Assembly: GCA_020629275.1 (NCBI GenBank)
Contig: JAHDDQ010000006.1
Location: forward strand, 1,275 to 65,274
From: Tenacibaculum sp.
Lineage (GTDB): Bacteria; Bacteroidota; Bacteroidia; Flavobacteriales; Flavobacteriaceae
Length of the DNA stretch: 64,000 nucleotides
Reading direction: 5' to 3'
Positions within the stretch are counted from its first letter, which is position 1. Each line of letters begins with the position of its first letter. Under the pieces are notes generated by a model. The model had not been told where the DNA came from. It did not search any database and was given only the letters and a program-made list of their open reading frames with translations. Below are positions 50,284-61,395 of this stretch, piece by piece. The position numbers were made by a program, and so were the translations under genes.

Positions 50284-51255
50284 ATGGCTACTATAGAACC
50301 TATTTTACAAGAAAACAAGGACAGATTTGTCATTTTTCCTATTCAGCATAATGATTTATGGGAATGGTACAAAAAACAACAAGCTTGTTTTTGGACAGCT
50401 GAAGAGATTGATTTACATTCTGATTTAAATGATTGGAACACTAAATTGACAGATGATGAGCGCTATTTTATCAAACATATCTTAGCTTTTTTTGCAGCAT
50501 CTGATGGTATTGTGAATGAAAACCTAGCAGAAAACTTTGTTAACGAAGTACAGTATAGTGAAGCAAAATTCTTTTACGGTTTTCAAATTATGATGGAGAA
50601 TATTCATTCTGAGACATATTCTTTATTAATTGATACATATATAAAAGACGAAGAGGAAAAAAGTAAACTATTCAAAGCTATTGATGTTTTTCCTGCCATT
50701 AAAAAGAAAGCAGAGTGGGCTTTAAAATGGATTGATTCTGATTCTTTTGCAGAGCGATTAATAGCATTTGCAGCAGTTGAAGGAATCTTTTTTTCAGGAT
50801 CTTTTTGCTCTATTTTTTGGTTAAAGAAAAGAGGTTTATTACCAGGACTAACATTTTCCAATGAGTTAATATCAAGAGATGAAGGTATGCATTGTGATTT
50901 TGCAGTACACTTACACAATAATCACCTAATAAATAAAGTTTCTAAAGAAAGGATAAAAGAGATTATTATTTCTGCGCTGAATATTGAGCGTGAATTTATT
51001 ACAGAATCTTTGCCTGTTAGTTTAATAGGAATGAATTCTAAGTTAATGACTCAATATTTAGAGTTTGTAACAGATAGGTTATTATTAGAATTTGATTGTG
51101 AAAAAGAATATAATGCAACAAATCCTTTTGACTTCATGGAAATGATTTCATTAGAAGGAAAAACAAATTTCTTTGAAAAAAGAGTATCAGAATATCAGAA
51201 AGCAGGCGTTAAATCTGGGGGGACTGGCGCTATTAGCTTTGATGCAGATTTTTAA
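50284..51255 (+). CDS. nrdB: Ribonucleotide reductase class Ia beta subunit
   Basis: [32 protein letters not shown]. Confidence 0.97.
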   Translation: MATIEPILQENKDRFVIFPIQHNDLWEWYKKQQACFWTAEEIDLHSDLNDWNTKLTDDERYFIKHILAFFAASDGIVNENLAENFVNEVQYSEAKFFYGFQIMMENIHSETYSLLIDTYIKDEEEKSKLFKAIDVFPAIKKKAEWALKWIDSDSFAERLIAFAAVEGIFFSGSFCSIFWLKKRGLLPGLTFSNELISRDEGMHCDFAVHLHNNHLINKVSKERIKEIIISALNIEREFITESLPVSLIGMNSKLMTQYLEFVTDRLLLEFDCEKEYNATNPFDFMEMISLEGKTNFFEKRVSEYQKAGVKSGGTGAISFDADF

Positions 51256-51345
51256 TATTTAAGCTTAAATAAATTACTAAAAACAATTCAAATCTTAGGA
51301 AATTTTCTTCCTAGGGCTTAACCTATATAAAACCAAAATCACCAT

Positions 51346-53727
51346 ATGTATGTAGTAAAAAGAGACGGTAGAAAAGAGCCTGTAATGTTTGACAAAATTA
51401 CAGAGAGAGTAAAAAAGATGTGTTACGGATTAAATAAAATTGTTGATCCGGTTAAGGTAGCCATGCGTGTAATTGAAGGATTATATGATGGTGTTACAAC
51501 TTCTGAGTTGGATAATTTAGCTGCTGAAGTAGCAGCAACTATGACTACAGCTCATCCTGATTACGCTAAACTTGCAGCAAGAATCGCCGTTTCAAATTTA
51601 CATAAGAATACAAAGAAGTCATTTTCCGATACAATGACTGATTTGTATAATTACGTAAACCCGCGTACCGAGAAAAAAGCACCATTGTTAGCGGATGACG
51701 TATATAAAATTATCATTGAAAACGCAGATAAATTAGACTCTACAATCATATATAGTAGAGATTTTAATTACGATTATTTTGGTTTTAAAACATTAGAACG
51801 CTCTTATTTATTAAAACTTAATGGAGAAATCGTTGAGCGTCCGCAACAAATGTTAATGCGTGTTTCTATAGGTATACATAAAGAAGATATAGACGAAGCT
51901 ATAGCTACATACGAGTTAATGAGTAAAAAATATTTTACTCATGCAACACCAACATTATTTAATGCTGGAACTCCAAAACCACAAATGTCATCTTGTTTTT
52001 TATTGCAAATGCAAGACGATAGTATAGATGGTATTTATGATACACTAAAACAAACAGCAAAAATTTCACAGTCTGCTGGAGGTATAGGTTTATCTATTCA
52101 TAATATAAGAGCAACAGGAAGTTATATTGCTGGAACAAACGGAACTTCAAACGGTATTGTGCCAATGCTACGTGTATTTAACGATACAGCACGTTATGTA
52201 GACCAAGGAGGCGGAAAGCGTAAAGGTTCTTTTGCAATGTATTTAGAGCCATGGCATGCAGATATCTATGATTTTTTAGATTTAAAGAAGAATCATGGTA
52301 AAGAAGAAATGCGAGCACGTGATTTATTCTATGCAATGTGGATTTCTGATTTATTTATGAAAAGAGTGCAAGAAGATGCCGAATGGACGTTAATGTGTCC
52401 ACATGAATGCCCGCATTTATATGATACTCACGGAGATGAATTCGAACGTTTATATACAAGTTATGAAGCTGCTGGAAAAGGTAGAAAAACAATAAAAGCA
52501 AGAGATTTATGGGAGAAAATCCTAGAATCTCAAATAGAAACGGGAACGCCTTACATGCTTTATAAAGATGCAGCTAACCGTAAATCAAACCAAAAAAATC
52601 TTGGTACAATCCGTTCGTCGAATTTATGTACTGAAATAATGGAGTATACTGCTGAAGATGAAGTTGCAGTATGTAACTTAGCGTCTATTGCAATACCAAT
52701 GTTTGTTGCAGAAGATGAAAACGGGAATAAATTCTTTGATCATGATAGATTATTTGAAGTAACTAAAAAAGTAATAAGAAACTTAGATACAGTTATCGAT
52801 CGTAATTATTATCCTATTAAAGAAGCAGAAAATTCAAATACGCGTCACCGTCCTGTTGGATTGGGTATTCAAGGTTTAGCTGATGCATTTATTATGCTAC
52901 GTTTGCCTTTTACAAGTGAAGAAGCAAAAAAATTAAATCAAGAGATTTTTGAAACACTATATTTTGCAGCCGTAACTTCTTCTATGGAAATGGCAAAAGC
53001 TAAAGAACCATATTCTACGTTTAAAGGGTCTCCAATGTCTGAGGGGGAATTCCAGTACAACATGTGGGGAATTAAAGATGAAGAGTTAAGCGGAAGATGG
53101 GATTGGAAAGTGTTAAGAAGCGAAGTAATAGAGCATGGTGTTCGTAATTCGTTATTAGTTGCGCCAATGCCTACAGCATCTACTTCCCAAATATTAGGGA
53201 ACAATGAAGCCTTCGAGCCATATACTTCTAATATTTATACACGTAGAGTATTATCGGGTGAGTTTATTGTTGTAAATAAACACCTGTTAGAAGATTTAGT
53301 AGATCTTGGTTTATGGAATAATGATATGAAAGAAGAGATCATGCGTGCAAATGGATCTATTCAGCATATTGAAGGAATTCCTCAAGATCTTAAAGAATTA
53401 TATAAAACAGTTTGGGAGATGAGTATGAAAGATATTATTGATATGGCTCGCCATAGAGGATATTTTATCGATCAATCTCAATCATTAAATTTATTTATGA
53501 AAGATCCTGATTTTGCTAAGTTGACATCGATGCATTTTTATGCTTGGAAGAGTGGCTTAAAAACAGGGATGTACTATTTACGTACAAAGTCGGCAGTAAA
53601 TGCAACACAATTTACATTATCTAAAGAGAAGACTGAAGACAAACCGATGGATCCTGAAGAATTTAAAGCTATGGTAGAAGCTTCTAAAGATGCAGGTCCA
53701 GAAGATTGTTTAATGTGTGGATCTTAA
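51346..53727 (+). CDS. nrdA: Ribonucleotide reductase class Ia alpha subunit with ATP cone
   Basis: VVKRDG ATP cone, [23 protein letters not shown]-terminal CLMC. Confidence 0.98.
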   Translation: MYVVKRDGRKEPVMFDKITERVKKMCYGLNKIVDPVKVAMRVIEGLYDGVTTSELDNLAAEVAATMTTAHPDYAKLAARIAVSNLHKNTKKSFSDTMTDLYNYVNPRTEKKAPLLADDVYKIIIENADKLDSTIIYSRDFNYDYFGFKTLERSYLLKLNGEIVERPQQMLMRVSIGIHKEDIDEAIATYELMSKKYFTHATPTLFNAGTPKPQMSSCFLLQMQDDSIDGIYDTLKQTAKISQSAGGIGLSIHNIRATGSYIAGTNGTSNGIVPMLRVFNDTARYVDQGGGKRKGSFAMYLEPWHADIYDFLDLKKNHGKEEMRARDLFYAMWISDLFMKRVQEDAEWTLMCPHECPHLYDTHGDEFERLYTSYEAAGKGRKTIKARDLWEKILESQIETGTPYMLYKDAANRKSNQKNLGTIRSSNLCTEIMEYTAEDEVAVCNLASIAIPMFVAEDENGNKFFDHDRLFEVTKKVIRNLDTVIDRNYYPIKEAENSNTRHRPVGLGIQGLADAFIMLRLPFTSEEAKKLNQEIFETLYFAAVTSSMEMAKAKEPYSTFKGSPMSEGEFQYNMWGIKDEELSGRWDWKVLRSEVIEHGVRNSLLVAPMPTASTSQILGNNEAFEPYTSNIYTRRVLSGEFIVVNKHLLEDLVDLGLWNNDMKEEIMRANGSIQHIEGIPQDLKELYKTVWEMSMKDIIDMARHRGYFIDQSQSLNLFMKDPDFAKLTSMHFYAWKSGLKTGMYYLRTKSAVNATQFTLSKEKTEDKPMDPEEFKAMVEASKDAGPEDCLMCGS

Positions 53728-53758
53728 AATGTAGTATTAAGAGTAAGGTTATATATAT

Positions 53759-53786
53759 AAAGAGAAGCTTTTAGCTTCTCTTTTTT
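53759..53786. terminator. Terminator after nrdA
   Basis: aaagagaagc-tttta-gcttctcttttt. Confidence 0.8.
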
Positions 53787-53845
53787 GTTATATGTAGTAT
53801 ATAATTAAAAATATGTGTTTTCTAAGGTGTTTTAAAAATACATTA

Positions 53846-54178
53846 CTACTTAAATAAGTAGCGCATAACTAGGATAAAAATACCAACCACTGTTGCCAGT
53901 GAAGAGGTTATTAAGGAGATAAGAACGGTGTCGTTTAAGCTAAAAGGAATAACTTTGGAAAATCCAGCAGCAATTATAATTAATAAAATAAAAGCGGTAA
54001 AAGCAGAAAGAAAAATGAAAGTTCTAAAGGCATACTTTTTTCTTTCATATCTATCCTGAACCCTATCGTAAACCTCTTGTTCAGTTAGTAGTGAAGCAAC
54101 CTCAGTATCTATTTCTTTAGTGTCTACAGAAGAATTTTCTGCTTCCTCAAGTAAATTGTCTAACTTTGAATTAAGCAC
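53846..54178 (-). CDS. Small two-TM membrane protein, putative toxin partner of the Panacea gene
   Basis: Acidic N-terminus then two hydrophobic helices. Start overlaps the upstream gene's stop. Confidence 0.6.
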   Translation of the reverse strand: MLNSKLDNLLEEAENSSVDTKEIDTEVASLLTEQEVYDRVQDRYERKKYAFRTFIFLSAFTAFILLIIIAAGFSKVIPFSLNDTVLISLITSSLATVVGIFILVMRYLFK

Positions 54179-54668
54179 TCTTTAAGTGTTTCTCTAGGTT
54201 TATAACAAACTTATCATAATACCTTTTAATAAGGTCATTTTTAATTACCTTATTTTCACCAGGCGCATAACATAGACTCCAAGGAGTACCCGTTTTATGA
54301 GTTAAGTCAACTAAATCGTTAACAGGAATATCTCTATATAGTTGCCACGTAAGTTTTACAATTTTTTGATCTTCTTCATCAATCAAATTAGGTTCAGAAG
54401 AAGTTTGCCAGTTTTTGTCTAATGTTACCGATTTGGAAGTAATTGGATTAGATTTAAAATGTTTGAATTCATGATAAATACTAGGAACTACAGGACCGTA
54501 TTTCCAAGCTTCTATATTATCATTTTTAAAGATAGGCCTATCTAAAAGAGAAAGCGATAATCCCTGAGCTATATACATTAATTTAACTAATTTCATGTTA
54601 GTTAAACCAATGTTAGTTTGCTCAGAAAGTTTTATAAATTCGTTTGCAACTGATTCTGTAGTACCCAT
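54171..54668 (-). CDS. Panacea (DUF4065/SocA-like) domain antitoxin
   Basis: TNMKLVKLMYIAQG, IEAWKYGPVVPSIY, LVDLTH..GTPW. Confidence 0.9.
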   Translation of the reverse strand: MGTTESVANEFIKLSEQTNIGLTNMKLVKLMYIAQGLSLSLLDRPIFKNDNIEAWKYGPVVPSIYHEFKHFKSNPITSKSVTLDKNWQTSSEPNLIDEEDQKIVKLTWQLYRDIPVNDLVDLTHKTGTPWSLCYAPGENKVIKNDLIKRYYDKFVINLEKHLKSA

Positions 54669-54857
54669 ATATATACGCTGTTTCTGTAAAGTTAAATACA
54701 ATTTTTTACTTTTTCAATAAATTTGATGCAAATTTAACTTTTTTTAAGCTAGGAGTCAAATAGTTAAAGATTTTTGCTAAAGTATTTGCTATTTATCTGT
54801 AGAATATTAGTAATCAGATAGAAAAGATTAAATATTTTTGTTGAAATTATAGTAAAA

Positions 54858-56198
54858 ATGAATTGGGAGCAATTACTTTCTTTAAAAAGATTTGGAGATA
54901 CAAAAAAACGATTGAGGGCAGCACAGGACGAAACTCGTTTGGGTTTCGAAGTTGATTTTGACAGAATTATATTTTCATCTGCATTTAGAAGTCTACAAGA
55001 TAAAACGCAAGTAATTCCGTTATCAAAAACAGATTTTGTTCATACACGACTAACACATAGTTTAGAAGTGTCAGTTGTAGGTAGAACATTAGGTAGAAGA
55101 GTAGGTAAAGAATTATTGGAACGACATCCAAATCTTAGCGCATTAGGTTATACATTTAATGATTTTGGAGCTATTGTAGCTGCCGCATCTTTAATGCACG
55201 ATATCGGGAACCCGCCTTTTGGGCATTCAGGAGAAAAGGCAATTGGTGAATATTTTAAAACAGGAAGCGGATTTCAGTATAAAAGTCAACTAACCGATAA
55301 AGAATACCAAGATTTAATTGATTTTGAAGGAAATGCTAATGGATTCAAAATAGCTACGGAGAGTAAAGAAGGAAGACCTGGAGGTTTACGCTTATCCTAT
55401 GCAACATTAGGAGCCTTTATGAAATACCCAAAAGAAAGCTTACCAAAAAAGCCTACAAGTCATATCGTAGATAAGAAGTATGGATATTTTCAGTCTGAAA
55501 AAGATGCATTTTTAGATGTCGTTAACGACTTAGGTTTATTGAAAAAAGATGAACAAGGAACATCTTTCTATCGTCACCCTTTAGCATATTTAGTTGAGGC
55601 AGCAGATGATATCTGTTACACAATTATAGATTTCGAAGATGGTATTAATTTAGGTTTAATAGATGAAGAATATGCTTTAGAGTATATGATTAAACTGGTA
55701 AAGAATACGATTGATAAACAGAAATATCATTCATTACAACATAAGAAAGATCGTGTAAGTTATTTAAGAGCGTTGGCCATAAATGTTTTAATTAACGAGG
55801 CAGTAACTATATTTTTAGAGAATGAAGAAGCCATTTTAAACGGTTTATTTAAAAATGCTTTATTAGATAAATGCGTTTACGAGGCTCAAATGAATGATAT
55901 CATTAAGATTAGTATCGATAAAATTTATCAAAGTAAAGAGGTGGTAGAAAAAGAAGTGGCAGGATATAAAATAATTGCAGACTTGCTTCATGTTTTTGTA
56001 AATGCCTTGAATAATAAGTATGAAGGTAAAGAATCTAATTACGATAAATTAGTCCTAAGATTACTTCCAGAAGAATACCAACAAGAGAAGGATAATTTAT
56101 ACGATAGAATAATGCAAATATGCACGTATGTTGCCAGAATATCAGATGGGTATGCGATACGATTACAAAAAAAATTAACAGGAAACATTATAGATTAA
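54858..56198 (+). CDS. dgt: dGTP triphosphohydrolase
   Basis: LQDKTQV, HTRLTHSLEV, HDIGNPPFGHSGE, EAADDICY. Confidence 0.96.
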   Translation: MNWEQLLSLKRFGDTKKRLRAAQDETRLGFEVDFDRIIFSSAFRSLQDKTQVIPLSKTDFVHTRLTHSLEVSVVGRTLGRRVGKELLERHPNLSALGYTFNDFGAIVAAASLMHDIGNPPFGHSGEKAIGEYFKTGSGFQYKSQLTDKEYQDLIDFEGNANGFKIATESKEGRPGGLRLSYATLGAFMKYPKESLPKKPTSHIVDKKYGYFQSEKDAFLDVVNDLGLLKKDEQGTSFYRHPLAYLVEAADDICYTIIDFEDGINLGLIDEEYALEYMIKLVKNTIDKQKYHSLQHKKDRVSYLRALAINVLINEAVTIFLENEEAILNGLFKNALLDKCVYEAQMNDIIKISIDKIYQSKEVVEKEVAGYKIIADLLHVFVNALNNKYEGKESNYDKLVLRLLPEEYQQEKDNLYDRIMQICTYVARISDGYAIRLQKKLTGNIID

Positions 56199-56245
56199 GA
56201 AATCTATTAACTAATTTCGTAAGCTATTTATAATTTACATCTAAA

Positions 56246-59200
56246 ATGAATAAAAAACTACTAATCTATTGTGCATTTATTGTTGCAATACTAGGGGCAT
56301 TTTTGTTAATACCTTCTCAAGGTCAGAGTAAAGTGGAAGAGTTAAGACAAAAACATGCAGAGTTTTTGAAAAACCACCCTTATCAAGAAACTGCTGAATT
56401 ACCTAAAACAGAAAGGAAAAATCTAGGTTTACCGCCTAATGCTTATTTCGAACAGAAATATTTAAGTGAAATTAATCCTGCTACAGGAAGAGTGCACAAG
56501 GAGAATGTATATAAAGTTCAAGAAGATTTATATGCACTAAGACAAGGAAGTAGAGTTCCAGGAGATGGAACAGATAACCCTTGGATAGAGAGAGGACCAG
56601 ATAATGTAGGAGGTAGAACGAGAGCTATTATTTTCGATCCAAATGACGCTACACAAGAAACGGTTTTTGCTGGAGGAGCTAGTGGTGGTTTATGGAAAAA
56701 CACAAATATTTCTAATGCTAATTCAAAATGGGAGAGAGTGAATATGCCAGAAAACTTTTCGATCTCTTCAATTACTGTAGATCCTAATAATTCTCAAATT
56801 TTTTATGTAGGTACAGGAGAGTCTTACGGTGGTGGAGCAGCATCTATAACAGGTAATGGTTTGTGGAAATCTGTTGATGGAGGAGATAGTTGGACTAAGG
56901 TTTTTGGAGGTAGAACAGGTGAATCTGTTTTTCAAACGAACTCCACAGTTACCGTAAATAGCCCATCTTCAATTGTGGGAAATTATATTTCCATAAGAGC
57001 TACTGCTTTTGGAGGAGATTTGATGACTGATATTACAGGAGATTTAGTGTTAGTAAATGATGGTACAGACACAATAGACGATGCATGTGAAACAATTACT
57101 AATGCGAGTGATTTAGCTGGTAAAATTGCTGTAATCAGAAGAGGTGGATGTAATTTTGATGATAAAGTATTAAAAGCTCAAAATGCAGGAGCCATTGCAG
57201 TTGTCATGGTAAATAACACTTCTGGTAATCCTATACCAATGGGAGGAGACGATACGACAATTACTATACCTGCGGTCATGGTTAAAGATGTTGATGGTAA
57301 TTTAATGATTAATGAAATGGCAAGCACGACAGTTAATGTTACTTTGTCTGAAAGTGATAGTGTTGTTGCTGGAACTTTAGTTCCAGGAACACAACACGTA
57401 AATGATGTTCTAGTTAGAAACAATGCTGGAATATCAGAAGTTTATGTAGCTGCTGCAGATGCTTTTTACAGCAGTTCTACACCAGGTGCAATTGTTGGAG
57501 GTGATAGTTATGGTGTTTATAAGTCAACTGATGGTGTAACTTTTTCTAAATTGAATCTACCCAAAACAACTTCAGGAAACGATTTCGAACCTAATAATAT
57601 AGAATTAGCATCGGATAACTCAATATATATTTCTACAAATCAAAGCGCAACTTTTGGAGATGGTGGAGGAACTATTTTAAGGTCTACAGATGGAACTACC
57701 TTTACTGTTGCTAATACAATTGCAAGAGGACTGAGAACAGAAATCACATTATCATCTTTAAATGCAAGTGTTGGTTATGTCTTGGTTCAAATGGGAGATG
57801 ACGACAATAATAATCAAACTCCAATTCCAGATCCTGTTAAAATATTTAAGACTACAGATGGATTTACAACATTAATTGAGCAGACATTACCAAATGATTC
57901 AGATACAGGAATTCCCGCAGAAGATTTTACGAGGGGGCAAGCTTTTTATGATCTGCTAATTAAGATAGATCCCAATAATGACGATATTGTTTATGCAGGG
58001 GGAATAGATTTATTTAGAACTACAGATTCTTCTACAGGATGGAATCAGTTATCTAAATGGGATCCTGGCGTAAATGGATCTTTTCAGGTTGTTCATGCCG
58101 ATCAACATGGCATAGCTTATGCTCCAGGATCTTCTACAAGAATGGTGTTTTCAAATGACGGAGGGGTTTATTTTTCTGATGATGCTGGAACCAATATTCA
58201 ATCTAGAAACAATAATTATAATACATTACAGTTCTACAGCATTGGTGTAGCGCCAACTACGGCTTTCTCAGGAGAAGAATATTTCATAGCAGGAGCACAA
58301 GATAATGGTACACAACAGATAGCAAGTGCTTCTCCAGGTATCAATAGTTCTACTAGAGTTCAAGGCGGTGATGGAGCTTATAGTTTTTTTGATACTGACG
58401 GTACTGATCAATATAGAATTTCAAACTTTGTGTTTAATCAGAATATTCAGTTTTTTAATTTTGCTAATAATCAATCAAGAACAATTAATTCAGAAACATC
58501 CTCTAATGGTGACTTTATCAATCAGGAAGAGTTAGATTCGAATTTAGATATTTTGTATTCTAATTATTCAAGTGGTACAGATTATATTGTAAGAAGATAT
58601 TCAAGTTATAAAACTGGGTTTTTACAAAAAATTAACTTAACTAATGCATTATTAGATCAAGAGCCTTCAGCTTTAAAAATCTCACCGTACACAACGACTA
58701 GTTCTAAGTTATACCTAGGCTTAAAAAACAGTAAGTTACTTAGAGTAGAAAATGCAAATTCAAACGCATCTACATGGACAGAAATTACAGGTTCTGAGTT
58801 CGTTGGTTCAGTTTCTGATATAGAATTCGGTGCTAATGAAAGTGAAATTTTTGTAACAATGCATAACTACGGAGTAGTTAGTGTTTGGTACACGAATGAT
58901 GCGGGTACAACATGGGTTAACAAAGAAGGAAACCTTCCAGATATTCCTGTAAAGGCAATATTACAGAATCCGCTAAATAGAGAAGAAGTTATTCTTGGAA
59001 CAGACCTAGGAGTATGGAAGACAGATAATTTCAGTAGTGCTTCTCCTACTTGGTCACAATCATATAATGGAATGAGTACTGTTCCTGTTTTAGATTTAGA
59101 TCTAAGAGACGATAATGCGGTATTTGCAGCTACTTATGGTAGAGGTGTATTTTCTGGTCAATTTACAGCTGAAACAGCATCAGTTGATGAAGTAGCTAAA

Positions 59201-59449
59201 GGAAATGAAGTTTTTACAGTATACCCTACAATATCAAATGGAGAATTTACACTGTTTGCTAAAAGTGAAGTTGGTTCTGCTAAGATGGAAATATTTAATA
59301 TCTCAGGAAGTAAAGTCTACAATCAGGATTTAGACTTTTCAAGAAATGAAAATCAAATAATCTCTACAAATTTAAGTAGTGGAGTATATTTAGTTAACTT
59401 AATAGGATCTAACAATAAACAAGCTTCTAGAAAGATAATTATAAAATAA
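56246..59449 (+). CDS. T9SS-secreted BNR/Vps10-like beta-propeller protein with inserted PA domain
   Basis: GPDNVGGRTRA, Asp-box repeats (SVDGGDSW, TNDAGTTW), PA domain (RRGGCNFDDKVLKAQNAGA), CTD VYP...GVYLV...KIIIK. Confidence 0.85.
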   Translation: MNKKLLIYCAFIVAILGAFLLIPSQGQSKVEELRQKHAEFLKNHPYQETAELPKTERKNLGLPPNAYFEQKYLSEINPATGRVHKENVYKVQEDLYALRQGSRVPGDGTDNPWIERGPDNVGGRTRAIIFDPNDATQETVFAGGASGGLWKNTNISNANSKWERVNMPENFSISSITVDPNNSQIFYVGTGESYGGGAASITGNGLWKSVDGGDSWTKVFGGRTGESVFQTNSTVTVNSPSSIVGNYISIRATAFGGDLMTDITGDLVLVNDGTDTIDDACETITNASDLAGKIAVIRRGGCNFDDKVLKAQNAGAIAVVMVNNTSGNPIPMGGDDTTITIPAVMVKDVDGNLMINEMASTTVNVTLSESDSVVAGTLVPGTQHVNDVLVRNNAGISEVYVAAADAFYSSSTPGAIVGGDSYGVYKSTDGVTFSKLNLPKTTSGNDFEPNNIELASDNSIYISTNQSATFGDGGGTILRSTDGTTFTVANTIARGLRTEITLSSLNASVGYVLVQMGDDDNNNQTPIPDPVKIFKTTDGFTTLIEQTLPNDSDTGIPAEDFTRGQAFYDLLIKIDPNNDDIVYAGGIDLFRTTDSSTGWNQLSKWDPGVNGSFQVVHADQHGIAYAPGSSTRMVFSNDGGVYFSDDAGTNIQSRNNNYNTLQFYSIGVAPTTAFSGEEYFIAGAQDNGTQQIASASPGINSSTRVQGGDGAYSFFDTDGTDQYRISNFVFNQNIQFFNFANNQSRTINSETSSNGDFINQEELDSNLDILYSNYSSGTDYIVRRYSSYKTGFLQKINLTNALLDQEPSALKISPYTTTSSKLYLGLKNSKLLRVENANSNASTWTEITGSEFVGSVSDIEFGANESEIFVTMHNYGVVSVWYTNDAGTTWVNKEGNLPDIPVKAILQNPLNREEVILGTDLGVWKTDNFSSASPTWSQSYNGMSTVPVLDLDLRDDNAVFAATYGRGVFSGQFTAETASVDEVAKGNEVFTVYPTISNGEFTLFAKSEVGSAKMEIFNISGSKVYNQDLDFSRNENQIISTNLSSGVYLVNLIGSNNKQASRKIIIK

Positions 59450-59477
59450 TTAATGCTGTTTCAATACAGTTGTAATA

Positions 59478-59509
59478 ATAAAAGCCCTTAATATTAAGGG
59501 CTTTTATTA
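59478..59509. terminator. Bidirectional terminator
   Basis: aataaaagcccttaa-ta-ttaagggcttttatt. Confidence 0.85.
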
Positions 59510-60070
59510 TTTTTTTTCTGCGAAATCAACCAAACCATCATACCAATGCTGGCCGAATTTTCTAATTAAAGCTTCTTTAACAAACTTATAAACCGGCACT
59601 TGTAATTCCTTTCCTAAAGAGCAGGCATCATCACAGATTTCCCATTTATGATAGTTTACTGCAGCAAATTCACTGTAATCTTTAACACGCACAGGATATA
59701 AATGACAAGAAATAGGTTTTTTCCAGTCAACCAAACCTTTGTTATAAGCCTCTTCTATAGCACAAAGTGCAGTACCTTTAGCGTCAAAAATAACATAAGC
59801 ACATTCAGCGTCGTTTATTAAAGGGGTTTCAAGTTCTCCAAAATCACTTGTAACCCACTTTCCTTGGTCTTCTATTGCTTTTATACCTTCTTGTCTTAAA
59901 AAAGGTTTAACTTTTGAGTAGATTTCATCTAAAATTAATGTTTCGTCTTTTTCTAGCGGTGCTCCAGCTTCCCCTTCTATACAGCAAGCACCTTTACATG
60001 CAGACAAGTTACACACAAATTCTTTTTCGATGATATCCTCTGAAACGATTGTTTTTCCTAATTGAAACAT
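59507..60070 (-). CDS. DUF3109 family Cys-rich protein
   Basis: FVCNLSACKGACCIEG, KPISCHLYP. Confidence 0.85.
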   Translation of the reverse strand: MFQLGKTIVSEDIIEKEFVCNLSACKGACCIEGEAGAPLEKDETLILDEIYSKVKPFLRQEGIKAIEDQGKWVTSDFGELETPLINDAECAYVIFDAKGTALCAIEEAYNKGLVDWKKPISCHLYPVRVKDYSEFAAVNYHKWEICDDACSLGKELQVPVYKFVKEALIRKFGQHWYDGLVDFAEKK

Positions 60071-60164
60071 GATGCAAAAATAAAGTTATTTTTACTACAT
60101 TTAGTCGAATTAAATGTACTTTTGAGTATAGATTGATAAATTTAAAATTTTAAAGAGAATAGTA

Positions 60165-60746
60165 ATGAACTTCGATTTTAATGAAACTTTTACAGCTTTT
60201 ATGGTGCTATTTGCAGTAATAGATATTATTGGAAACATACCTATCATTATTGATTTACGTAAAAAAGTAGGACATATTCAGTCAGAAAAAGCGTCAATTA
60301 TTGCTGGTTTTATAATGATTTTATTTTTATTCATAGGTCAGCGGTTACTTGGTTTAATAGGAATTGACGTAAACTCATTTGCAGTAGCGGGTTCATTTAT
60401 TTTGTTTTTCATAGCTTTAGAAATGATTTTAGGGATCACTCTGTATAAGGAAGATGAAGAAGAAACGTTAAGCGCTACAGTATTTCCATTAGCGTTTCCA
60501 TTAATTGCTGGTCCAGGTAGTTTAACTACATTATTATCGTTACGTGCAGAATTCAGTATAGAAAATATTATTATTGCTGTATTAATGAATGTATTGGTGA
60601 TATACATAGTATTAAAAACATCTTCAAGAATAGAAAGACTTATAGGAAAAAATGGAATAGCAATTATTAGAAAAATATTTGGAGTAATCCTATTAGCGAT
60701 TTCTGTTAAACTATTTGCTGCTAATATTAAAATGTTATTGGCATAA
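60165..60746 (+). CDS. MarC family membrane protein
   Basis: LFAVID, PLAFPLIAGPG. Confidence 0.92.
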   Translation: MNFDFNETFTAFMVLFAVIDIIGNIPIIIDLRKKVGHIQSEKASIIAGFIMILFLFIGQRLLGLIGIDVNSFAVAGSFILFFIALEMILGITLYKEDEEETLSATVFPLAFPLIAGPGSLTTLLSLRAEFSIENIIIAVLMNVLVIYIVLKTSSRIERLIGKNGIAIIRKIFGVILLAISVKLFAANIKMLLA

Positions 60747-61357
60747 TGATATATGATGTACTTATAATAGGTGGGGGAGTTGCAGGTTTGCAATGTGCTT
60801 TACTTTTAGGGTCTGCAAAAGATAAACCGTTTGCTAAGGACAAAAAGATAGGTATCATAACGCACCAGAGGGCCTCTCACCTACAGAATGCATTATTTAA
60901 TAATGTATTGGGTTTAAAACCAAAAACTTTAGGAAAAGATATTCTAATTGGAGGAAAACAGCAATTGGCAGATTTATATCCCCATATTTCTCAAATTGAA
61001 GGACAAAAAGTAACAGCAGTTATAGATAATGAAGATGATCAAGTATATAGTATTATTACTAACAAAGAGGAGTATTATTCTAAAATAATTGTAATAGCTT
61101 TAAATTACGCAAAGCCTTTTGAGATTGCAGGACTAGAGCAGTATGTTGAAAAGCACAGTAGGGCAAATCCAATGAAAGACAGAATTCAGCTACGTAATTT
61201 TAATCATTTGATTAAAGAAGGTTTATACGTATGTGGTACTATTGCTGGTTGGAGAAGTCAATTTGCTATCGCAGCTGGCAGTGGAGCTTCTGTAGGAACA
61301 GATATCTTAACCCTATGGAATGATAATATTTCTACTAAAATTCATGATAAAATATAA
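60746..61357 (+). CDS. Short FAD-dependent (thioredoxin-reductase-like) oxidoreductase
   Basis: IIGGGVAG, GLYVCG, SQFAIAAGSG. Confidence 0.75.
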   Translation: MIYDVLIIGGGVAGLQCALLLGSAKDKPFAKDKKIGIITHQRASHLQNALFNNVLGLKPKTLGKDILIGGKQQLADLYPHISQIEGQKVTAVIDNEDDQVYSIITNKEEYYSKIIVIALNYAKPFEIAGLEQYVEKHSRANPMKDRIQLRNFNHLIKEGLYVCGTIAGWRSQFAIAAGSGASVGTDILTLWNDNISTKIHDKI

Positions 61358-61395
61358 AAAAAGAGAAGCCATAATAGCTTCTCTCTTTTAAGGCT

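Noticed and set aside
54858-56198. dGTPase as an anti-phage defence gene
   Set aside because: It looks like the housekeeping flavobacterial dgt beside nrdAB. Nothing beyond the neighbouring Panacea pair suggests a defence island.
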